Source: Gonapodya sp. JEL0774
Lineage: Eukaryota
Assembly: GCA_027604505.1 (NCBI GenBank)
Contig: JADIIX010000132.1
Location: forward strand, 44,322-64,321
Direction of reading: 5' to 3'
Length of the DNA: 20,000 nt
The position numbers were made by a program, and so were the translations under genes. The notes under the pieces are model-generated. The model made no database searches, was not told the origin of the DNA, and saw only the letters and a list, made by a program, of their open reading frames with translations. Below, piece by piece: positions 10,615-20,000 of the stretch; within the stretch, counting starts at the first letter, position 1, and each line of letters starts with the position of its first letter.

Positions 10615-12834
10615 ATGCTCCGCGTCATTGACACTCCCACCAATGGCATCAAGGCCGAATCTAAGATAGTCAAGTCAGATGACACTGAAGTCGCCAAGAT
10701 GGTGAAAGATGTGGAATGGGTCAGGGTGTCGTTCGTGAACACAAAGTGAGTTTGTTGTGATAATGGGTCATGAAAATGGGGAAGACACCCGAGAGGTTGA
10801 AACCAGGCAACCATGCCGAATTCCTAACATGATTTTTTCAACGGTAAAGTGGTCTTTTACTTTCTATTGCGATTCCTCCTTCTCGTTTCCCTCATATCGT
10901 CAAAACTGGTATGCCCAAAGCCTACGGTACGTGCAGATCAATCTTGTTCCATTAGCCCGAGACCCTCGTACACCGTTTGGCTGTCTGTTCACTGATTCGA
11001 TGACTTTGTTTATTTCTGGTCAGGACTTCTGTCCTGCCCTTGGATGTACGAGACAATTCCGGATGGAGCTCCTGTAGGAATCGCCGGGGAATGCAACCTC
11101 GTTCCCGACATGTCCACCTTCCGAGTCTTGCCTTACGAAGGTGAAAATGATGCCATAGTGCTCGGAGACTTGTTCGACCGGAATATGGACGAGAATGGCA
11201 AATTGATCCATGGCGAGCGGATGCCCTACTGCCCAAGGTATTTCTTGAAGAAGCAGGCGCAGGCTATCGTAGATGAGTTTGGTCTGGAAGTTACAGCCGG
11301 CTTCGAGCTTGAGTGGGTGAATGTAATTTGCGATTTCAGAGGGCCTGTTGTGACCTTGCGGTGTCCCCGAACTCTATCACCTCAATTTGTCAGGTTCATG
11401 CTTTACGAAGAAATGGACGGCCCAACCATCAAACCCATTGTTAGTGCCATATCTTGCCCTTTTCTTGTCGTCGGTAGTAGAATGCAATTCTGCCATATAG
11501 GATACTCTTTACTACGAAGACGACCGCGCTTACCGCAGCAAGGCCGGAAAGGCAGTCAGGGAAATGGTAAACACACTGCAGAAGATGAATATCCCTGTGG
11601 TGAGCACTTGACCGTTTACTTTGACAATGTTGGATGGTGTAGACGTGGTTTCAACCCTCCGTTACGATCCCTCTGCTTCCATAAAGTACACCTGGCACGC
11701 GGAAGTTGCCGCAGGACAGGTGAGTCTCGTCACCTGTCGGTGTGATTTCAAACTGAAAGGACCCTTTTTGCTCTCTTCAACAATCTAGTATGAGATCTCC
11801 TTCGCCCCAGGACCTGTCGTCAAGGTTGTCGACGACTTGATTTTCACCAAGCAGTGCATTCAAGCCATTGCCACCAAGCACGGTCTCAAGGTCACGCTTC
11901 TCCCCAAGCCTCTCTTTGAGGATGCCGGTGAGTGACGGTTGTTACAGGGAAAGGCAGTTTTGGACTGATCACATCTCTCTGAAAAGGTAACGGTCTGCAT
12001 GTTCACATGTCCTTGAAGGATACTCAAACTGGAAAGAACATGTTCCCCGCCCCGGGCTCTAAGCGTGGCTTTTCCGAGGTGGCAGAACACTTCATTGCTG
12101 GTGTCCTCTCACATATTACCGCTATCTGCGGTGTCAGCATGCCTACGGCCCACTCGTACATGAGGTTGGTAATGCATACTGAATTGGGCTACCTTTTTTT
12201 GTACCGTACTTACGATTGTACTTGCCTTGTGTCAGGATTCGCCCGGGTATGTATGCTTCTGCCTACGCCTGTTGGGGCTACGAGAACCGCGAGGCGTGCG
12301 TTCGAATGTGCTCTCCTCCTAGTACGTATCTATTTTATTTACAGAACCTCTGCCAGAATAATGCTTAACACAAAATTCGGTCGACTCTTTCCTATCAGGC
12401 GGCGAACCATTCAACAATGTGGAATTTCGTCCCTTCGACGGGACCAACAACCCCTACTTCTCAGTGGGAATGTACTTGGTGGCCGGTTTAGACGGTCTGC
12501 GAAAGAAGCTGATCCTCCCCGAGTCTGTCGATGCTGATCCCCATTCTTTGGGTGAGGAGGAGCGCTCCCGAAGAGGGATCAAGCCGTTGCCTGCTAGCCT
12601 TGAGGAGGCTCTGGACAACTTCAAGAAAGACGAAGTTTTGATTAATGCCTTTGGGCCAGAGATGACACAACTGTACTTTGCACAGAAGAAATGCGAGATA
12701 GAGTTCTTCAAGGTAAGCGGGTGACTTTGTCAATATGGGTAATGTAGCCGTGTCAGAACGTTGTTCCGGTATTTCTTCACCACTAGGGAAAGAGCGATTT
12801 GGAACAGATTAAGTACTATTTGGACAAGTTCTAA
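10615..12834 (+). CDS. Glutamine synthetase type I-like protein (gamma-glutamyl ligase / FluG C-terminal domain-like), about 479 aa. Exons 10615-10745, 10850-10926, 11024-11312, 11394-11439, 11501-11599, 11687-11719, 11789-11927, 11987-12164, 12236-12321, 12399-12712, 12787-12834
   Basis: The spliced product contains LVPDMSTFRVLPY, CPRYFLK, GFELEF, HAEVAAGQYEI, LPKP..DAGNGLHVHMSL, WGYENREACVR, NVEFRPFDGTNNPY, AGLDG and LPASLEEAL, all GSI-family catalytic-domain motifs. The 1440-nt CDS is in frame. Confidence 0.92.
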
Positions 12835-12953
12835 ATTATTACTATTTTGGTCCTTCTATATCCCATTTTATTCTAATGCTTCAACTTGCATAAGAAAAAG
12901 AATACAAATATATTGTGATAAATCCTCATTTTCCGACTGTCTTACTTGCTTCA

Positions 12954-14278
12954 TTACGGGAGTGCACCCTCTTTGTGAACCCACATCACAGCCATGTTGT
13001 TCAGAGCTTTCCCACCACCCACTGCGTCTACCAACCATGCGGGTAGAGGCACTTCCACTAATCGTGCTGGAGGGAGCACAGTGTCAGAAGGCAATGGTGG
13101 AGGAGGCGTGAGCTCTGGGGGAGACGCAATGACTTGGGTGAAAGGGGCCAGTGTGATTCGTTTGCGCTCAGACTGCTTGCCTCTTCGCTGAGGCACGGTT
13201 AACCACTCCTCTGTTGTGTTTGTTGCTAGGATGGGGGATTGTACACAAGGAGTTGTAGTAGCGGCGGCGGCGTGGGTGCGGGAAATAGGAGTTTGCGAGT
13301 GTACGAGGTGCCGCATGACGGTATACGGTGCAGCAGCAGACGCAGTGGTCGCGGTGAGGAAGGATGAAATGGAGTTGGCGAGGAGGAGGAATGGAGGGGT
13401 GGGGATACAAGGTCGCTGCACGCTGGGGGAATTCTCTGAAGAATCGAGTGCGGCTGATGTATGAGAGAGCAGGTACGATCGCAAAATGAGCTCTGTAACG
13501 GAGTGAGGGCAGTGTGGGAGGAAGTAGATTGTAGGTTTAACAACGTCGTCGACGAGGTTCTGCTATGTACAGAACCGACGGTCAGCATTCCCCAATAGCA
13601 GACTCAGCTTGAAAGAGATCTTTGAAGATGTTTACTCACCTCTTTCAACTCCGGTTTTGTCATAAAACCTAAGCTTTGGAGCGCAGCCACATCGTTCTCA
13701 CTGAAGACGGGGTCAAATGCCGTCAGGGACGAAGGCTTTCCAATAGGTACCACAATCTGTGAAATGGCAGTGCGGGCGTCGAATCCTGAAGCTTGCATTA
13801 CCTACGAGAAATATTCGTGACAAGATGAGGGAGAATGCGCATTGCCATCTTGCGACTCCGGAGTTGGACAATGACCCAAGACCGCACACGACGAGCGCAC
13901 AATCGGCAGTGTATTTTTCTTCCTGCGATTGCCATAATGACGATTCATCAGCGAATTTCGATCGAATTCCAATGCGGGAGAGATGGGAGGCAATTTCCGA
14001 ATCCGACAGGAAGAAGTTGGCAGTTGCGTCAGGAGTGGAAGAAGAATTATTATCCGGAATCGTAGCACGAGCCACAATGCGAGGAAGAGATGAGATTGAG
14101 CGTCTTCGATGTGGGGAGATCAGTTATCTCTCGTGCTCTCGGTGTGTCCCGAAACATATCCTCACTCCTTGCTCCTGATATCCTCGACAAGACCTCTCAC
14201 GGCATGTCCAGAATCAGAATCGGCCGATTGTTGCTTTTCTCTTTGTTGAGCGGCCGCGGCGCGTGGGGTTCTCTTCAT
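12954..14278 (-). CDS. SRR1/BER1-domain protein, about 378 aa. Exons 14278-14166, 14103-13806, 13756-13640, 13562 (or 13559)-12954
   Basis: The spliced product has SRR1-family blocks in the expected order: VVCGLGSL..ARWQCAFSLIL, AFDPVFSENDVAALQSLGF, PTIYFLPHCP, LLLANSISSF and C-terminal ALNNMAVMW. The start codon is uncertain and an upstream exon is possible. Confidence 0.82.
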
Positions 14279-14940
14279 TTTAAAGGTCCTTCCACACCAA
14301 GATCACCATGGTCAAATCTCCCACCCCCCCATGCATTCTGGTGTTCAGTCATGCCCTTTAACAGAAATTAGGCTTCAATAATTCACAGTAACGCATGCTC
14401 GCTGCGTCTCGTTATCGGCGCAGAGAGTCTTCTCCAATTCGAAAAAGGACAAACACCCCGAACTTCAGAGAAAAATTCATTTCTGAAATAAATTCCATTT
14501 GATCTTTAGAGCAAGCTCGCAATTGAACAATAGCATGTACTGATAACTCCGCTCACACGGCAGGTCACACGTGACGGACAGGTCTGGACTGGGGACCGAA
14601 GCTGTGCGCTTGCATTACTGAACACCACAACACATCTTTACCAACCGCGAGCGAGTCGTTTCCCAAGGGCAAAGGTCTTGAACGACCAATTCCAGCGGGC
14701 AGACCTGCAATCGCATCTTGTCCACTTTCGCATCGACACCCTCTCGCGTCTCAAATCCTTAGCCCAATCTCTCTCGGCCACTGACTCCGGAAACCGGATC
14801 CCGACACCATTGTGACGGCTTTTTCTTTTTGCCATACTACCGCTTGGTACGTGGCCCTCTCGTGACAAATGTGCCGTTCAGATTCGCTGAAAGTCTCAGC
14901 CACTATTCAGTGTCCGGTCTGTCGCTCAATCCACTGAAAA
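14279..14940. promoter_or_regulatory. Putative bidirectional promoter/5'UTR region between the SRR1-like and ChAPs genes
   Basis: About 660 bp separate the divergent start codons. The region contains the interrupted palindrome GTCAC-AC-GTGAC (14564-14575), which includes a CACGTGAC E-box. Function is inferred only. Confidence 0.4.
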
Positions 14941-17900
14941 ATGGTCATTCAACTGGTCGATACGTTTAGAGGTGGGACATTCCAGTGTGGTTCATCACCG
15001 GATAACTCTGGATGCTGTTGTTATCCCGTGTTGAATCCACCTCTCACTGCACCTATTCAACCGTCCATGAAGACATTGCCGAGTTCATTGAACATGATGT
15101 CGGCGAGGCCATCCAAGCAAGAACAGATGCTCTTGGTACGTCAGGACTCTGAGTTCTCGTTTCTGAAACTCAATTCATTCGTGGACGCGGCTGGTCGTCC
15201 TGTTTGCTCCAGCCTCGTTTCGAGAACTTGGACCACCGGATCTTATACATGTCATAAAGAGCAATCCTAAAGTTGCTCCTAAAGATGTGAGAATTCTTGG
15301 GGCTCACGCTCTCAGATGCCGACAGGTCGCTCTTCCTTGACACAACGATGACTCATTTGCCGCGCCAACTAGATATCATCCTACCATTTTGCACTTGGGC
15401 CTGACACCTCTTCTTCAGCTACGATCGCCGCATACTTAAACAATCTTCAATACTCTCTTGATGACGTGCCCAACTGGTTTATGCGATCACAGTATAAGGT
15501 CACTGCTGCAACGTATTGCACTTTCAACGCATTCAGTAGGGTCGATGTTCGGGTAGAGGTTAGGATTCCTGGCGGTGTTGTTGGGTACATGGTGGATCTC
15601 AAGGGTGAAAAGTGAGTGTTATGGCTGAGTGTGTACGAGAGATTACAACCGTTGCTGGACGGTCCCGTTGGCAACCATCACAGACATCCGATCAGCAACG
15701 CGGAAATCTGGACAGAAACATTTACTAGCTCTATTCTCCGAGCAATTTTGGATGACAGCGAGGAAGCTGGCAAGTAGTTCACGTATTTGGTACCATGAAT
15801 GGTGTGCCTGTTTAATCCGTCTTCGCATACATCTGAACCTTTCGATTATTGATACCACACCATGAAACTCCGGCAAATTTCGCGCCTTCGTCGCCGTGTC
15901 GATGTCAAAAAGACGGCAACGACAGAACACCGATTCCAACGCTTCGTAAACTACCCCCCCTCCCTTCCCCCGCTGCCGAGAAGCGTTTCCTCTTGGCGTG
16001 TACTCACCTTTTCCCCAAATCTTGGCAGCTTGGCACCGACCCAGAAGTCCAGGTGGCGACGTATTCCTCTAATCACATGGTAAATGCCATTATGAAGCAT
16101 TTTGGCGCGTCGGGGAGGTGGGCAGACGCCGCGAGGTTTTTCGAGCCGCTGGCTCGCAGGGATCCGGATGTGGCATCTTTACTCGCGCGGTGCTACCTCG
16201 GCGGGGATGAGGAGGTTATCGCCAACGAAGTCCTCCACGATGCCATTAAGCGCCAGCCGTATAGTTACGCCCTACTGCTGGTCCAGGTGGGCTTCTTGCA
16301 GGCAAAGAACAAAATGGAGTGGTCCCAGAGGCTGGCAAGACAGGCAGTTATGTACGCGCCAAGCGAGTATGTGACCTGGGCGAAGCTGACCGAATGCTAC
16401 GTTGAGATGGGTGAGTACCAACCCACTTACATCAATATCTCACAACTATGTGCCTTCGGAATCTTCACGGTGTTTCTCCTATTGCCGACAGGGGACGTCG
16501 AGTCGGCGCTCCTGACCCTCAACTCGTGCCCCATGTTCACTTATGTGGAGCGCGACAACAACCTCGTGCGATACCCACCTGCAGCCCGTCTCTCGATCCC
16601 TCTGAAGCCCATTGGTTTTGGTGAACCAGGGCAAAAAGCAAAGGGCACAGGATTGGAGGAAGCGTTCTTGGTGGGAGGATTGGGGGGCAACCCGTGGAGT
16701 CCGTGGGGAGTGGAGGAAGTTGGAGAAGGAATGAACGAGGTTCGTTCTTATCGTCGTCGGGTGATAAAATCCTGTCAACATTCCCGTAAGATTAATGGTG
16801 GATTGCATTGGTATTCGCTAGATCCACCCAGATTTGCTCCGTTTACCGTCGCTGACCCTCCGAGGCACTTTTTTGAAAGCCTACAAGCTTCTCGTATCCA
16901 TTGTTGCCCGTGTCGGCTGGGACGACCTGCTCAAAGCTCGGTCTCAGGTGTTTGTGATGGAAGAGGAGTATCGGGTACAGCGGGCTGTTGCGGAGGAGCG
17001 GGAACGTGAACGGATGGAGAGGGAGGAAGCCATCAGGCGTCAAATGGAAAAAGAAGAGAAGAAGAGGGACAGAGAATCCGAGAAACCCAAGAAGGAGGTG
17101 AAGAAATCGAAGGGTAAGGAGAAGGAGAAGGAAGAGAAGCAGAAAGAGGAGTCGGAGGATGCGGAGCCCAAGGCAGAAGAGGAGCGTGCTGACACCAACG
17201 GCAAGAAAACTGGAGGGGAGGACGCAGAAGATGTGGTGGAAGATGTGGACCTTAAAGATGGAGCCGAGGATGATCTGGAGGACGTGGAAGTCGGAGATAA
17301 GGAAGCGGAGGAGGAGGAGGAGGAAGAGAAGGTTGAGGAAGAAGAGAAGGCAGAAGTCAATGGGAAGCAGCCTATTCTCAACGAACCAAAGGTGTGTGGA
17401 TGGGTTGAGTGGTTGGGGGTGCAATTTGTTTCACTTTTGTTCGTTGTGGTCCTTTGAATAGGCCCCGGACACTTCGACGGCCAAGTCCAAAATTTCCGGA
17501 CCCATGGGTTTTACTTTCCGAAGTAAGCGACTCTGCGAGCGGTGGCTCGACAATCTTTTCATGGTGTTATACGAGGTGCGTGGTTGCCTCTTGTCTTTTG
17601 AGAAAGGTGCTGTCCCGTTGTTCCATGACGATCTGGTCGCTTATTCTGTCATGATTTGATCAGGACTTGCGCCTTTACACTGCTTTCAAGACGGAAATGA
17701 CCCACTGCAAGCAACAGGGTCTCAAGCCTCAACAGATTGCGTACCGGAAAACAGCGGCGGAGTGGGAGGTTTACGGTGACTTGAGCATGAGGCTTGAACA
17801 TAAGGTGAGTCCGATGAACTGTACACTTGACTCAAACAATCGAGCTTTGTTCCTCAACTCGTCACCACCCATGCGAAACATCATAGGAGGAGGCAAAGGA

Positions 17901-18431
17901 CTCTTACTTGCTCGCCCTGGAACAGAGGTTCTCTGCCAAAGCCTTGCTCCGTCTCATGGACATGTACAGCGACGAAGGGTTGATCCAGGAGAGCTTGGCG
18001 TGCGTGAGCCGACTGGCCGCATCGCAGGACCGTGTGTACGGAAGCACCAACACGGTAAGACTCCAAAAATAATTGTCTGCACCAGTCGGTTGGGCTTGGA
18101 TATTGCTCGTGTTTGGAATTCAAACCCCGTGGTTTCGTTTGCTACTAGTATCCCTCACCCATTACCATTGCCCTGTTCCGCTTGATCAGTCAACATGGAC
18201 TCGCCAAAGTCCAAAACGCGTGCCTGGCGCTCAAGAACTACAAGCTCCTGACGAAGTACTTGGAGTTTGCTGAAACTTTCAAAGTTGAAGGTGAGGAGGT
18301 CCAATCCAATCCTGGGGGATATCGTATACGGAACCGTTGAGTTTAACGACGCGTTTGTTGCTTTTCGTTGGGTTTGGTGCATCATCGGACACTCCCTTTG
18401 CTCTTCGTGTGGCACAGGTGTGGATTGGTAA
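14941..18431 (+). CDS. ChAPs (Chs5p-Arf1p-binding) exomer cargo adaptor, Bud7/Bch1-like, about 795 aa. Exons 14941-14971, 15073-15135, 15213-15286, 15373-15611, 15684-15769, 15913-16410, 16492-16739, 16822-17391, 17462-17575, 17664-17804, 17887-18054, 18149-18290, 18418-18431
   Basis: Motifs ARTDALASFRELGPPDL, YCTFNAFSRVDVRVEVRIPGG, APSEYVTWAKL, ALLTLNSCPMF, LRGTFLKAY, GWDDLLKARSQVFVMEEEYR, KRLCERWLDNLFMVLYEDLR and EWEVYGDL. An E/K-rich insert lies at about 16990-17390. The 2388-nt CDS is in frame. Confidence 0.93.
15770..15912 (+). other. Probable non-canonical GC-AG intron in the ChAPs gene
   Basis: The exon frame hits TAG just after GCT GGC AAG. The donor G|GCAAGT with the acceptor AAAAG|AC restores frame (EEADGNDRTP). 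Confidence 0.6.
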
Positions 18432-18749
18432 ACAAAGTGACGTTTTAGTGCGGTTAATGTAGTTGTCTGGATTAGAACATCATGTTTGGTGTGCCATCAG
18501 CACGAGGTGTGCGACGAAATACTCGCGACCGTGCCAACAGCTGCACCTGTCTGGCATTCTCAAGTGGCTCAGTTCTGACTGAGACCGCACTTGCAACATG
18601 CACACAATGATCACATGAACGCCCGCCAGGTGTCTTAATCCGTCAGTCTTTTCGGCCGTACTGGTCATACATACATTGTACACAATTGAGACTGACGATA
18701 GGGAGACTGGCACCGGATACTCTTTATAATTCTGGACTATTCCATTGTC

Positions 18750-19878
18750 TCACGACGCCGGCCAGGGTTCCGCCTTGAATTGGCCCGCAGCTATACGCTT
18801 CTCGACTGCGGCCTGCGGGTGGACGGGGAACGGAAATGGAGGTCGTGGAGGGCCAAATATCATAGGCACGGCAAGAGTGGGGAAGAGGGGTTGGGGGGGG
18901 CATGGGGCGGGACCATGAGAGGTGAGCGAACACATATACATCCCAGTCACGAACAATCGCCCGACAGCAAAGCCCCAGCCCACGACCCGGCTCTTCTCCG
19001 CGCGGACCCCACGTATTTCCTTCCGGTTCCACTCTGTCCAAAACTCACACCAGCCACGTCCCTCACGTGCGCGTAGAATTTAGGCGAGCCGACCGCCAGG
19101 CTCTGAACGATGGTGTGTTCAGAGGTTTGGTCGAGACCTTTTGGGGGACCACCTGGGTTCGGAGGTTTGGGCGGGAGGGAGTATGGGTGAGGTGGGGTGG
19201 AGTGGAGCGGACATACGCGGGGGTAGAGTGCGTGCGTGAGGGAGGGGAGGGGTGGCCGATGCAGATGAGGACAGACACGCGGGGTGAGCATCCTTGGCGT
19301 GACAGAACGAGCTCCGGTCACCAACGTACCGGCACGGAAAGCGTATTTCCTAATTCCATCGGCGATGGACACGGCACATCAAGGCATGGTGCGTGCGGGT
19401 GTCATCGAAGGTCGTCAGTTGGTCAGTTCGTCAGGCGGGATGGGATTGTTTCCGTGGGGAAGACAAGGAATGGGATCGGAGACGGGGACGGTCCACAATG
19501 GACACAGACGGACCCGAGGCCCCACCAAAAAAAAAAAAGAAAAATGGGAAGGGAAGAGAGGGGAGGGAGGATATGAATTGGGAAGTGGACCGTTACGACG
19601 GTGGACGAGACGGCGATCCCCAACCAAAAAACCACCGACCATCCGCCATCCGCCATCGCCATCCTCATACACCATCTCCCTACCGATCTCCTCTCTTCTG
19701 TTCCAGTCTTCCAAGATCCCACTCCTCCAAGTTTCCCACGTCACCGTCCCGCACCCATGACCCATCCCCACCCTCCGGGCCTCTCCACCCACCTAATAAC
19801 ATGCGTCTCCGCCGACCCGGGGTAGTGGTGGTGTCCACCGTGCGCGTGGTCGTCGTGGGAGTCGTGGTCGGCGGCCAT
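18750..19878 (-). CDS. Small uncharacterised His/Asp-rich protein, 84 aa. Exons 19878-19793, 19349-19330, 19152-19067, 18812-18750
   Basis: Canonical splice sites (GTGGGT/TAG, GTACGT/CAG, GTGAGG/CAG) with matching phases (86+20+86+63=255 nt) give MAADHDSHDDHAHGGHHHYPGSAETHVIRKYAFRAGGPPKGLDQTSEHTIVQSLAVGSPKFYAHAAVEKRIAAGQFKAEPWPAS*. I do not recognise the family. Confidence 0.68.
19527..19538 (+). repeat. A12 homopolymer (poly-U in intron 1 of the microprotein gene)
   Basis: Twelve consecutive A residues read directly from the sequence. Confidence 0.9.
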
Positions 19879-20000
19879 GTCAGGTTGTGGGGGGGCGAGA
19901 AGTGTGGGATGAAAATGACGCGAACCCTGCACCGCACTGTTCCCTTCTGACAAGAACATCCATGCCTGACACACACTCCATCAAGTAATGAAGACTACAC

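Noticed and set aside
13759..14178. 139-aa + strand ORF
   Set aside because: It is antisense to the SRR1-domain exons, which carry the recognisable motifs and splice sites.
16843..17424. 193-aa Leu/Phe-rich and 113-aa Ser-rich antisense ORFs
   Set aside because: These are mirror images of the GAG/AAG-rich charged insert of the ChAPs gene.
18630..18680. ATGA...AAA...GA downstream of the microprotein TGA (SECIS-like)
   Set aside because: The helix between the putative quartet halves is too short and poorly paired, and there is no selenoprotein-like context.
18947..19976. Many long ORFs on both strands
   Set aside because: They arise from GC-rich, stop-poor introns. Only the short exon segments of the 84-aa gene are supported.
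1..20000. Biosynthetic gene cluster (TF + acyltransferase + GS-like ligase), or CRISPR/mobile element
   Set aside because: The genes are interleaved with housekeeping PIP5K, exomer and SRR1 genes. I saw no backbone enzyme, repeat-spacer array, transposase or terminal repeats.

Overview
Intron-dense eukaryotic DNA, most likely from an early-diverging fungus (inferred from the Zn2Cys6, ChAPs and Met2 genes and the many short GT-AG introns). The ORF track is misleading because the genes are spliced. By hand-splicing I reconstructed seven genes: a Zn(II)2Cys6 transcription factor (-, runs off the left edge), a PI4P 5-kinase (+), homoserine O-acetyltransferase (-), a stand-alone GSI-like gamma-glutamyl ligase (+), an SRR1/BER1-domain protein (-), a ChAPs/exomer subunit (+), and an unrecognised 84-aa His-rich microprotein with four exons (-). 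I found no rRNA, tRNA, CRISPR array or transposase. The most interesting signals are non-coding. First, MET2 intron 1 holds a candidate poison cassette exon whose acceptor is buried in a strand-specific hairpin, next to a 4x GCCACG cluster. Second, the long introns of the microprotein gene appear to fold into nested rod-like hairpins. Third, there is a probable GC-AG intron and many AAG acceptors. All exon coordinates and RNA structures were derived by eye and need RNA-seq or folding confirmation.
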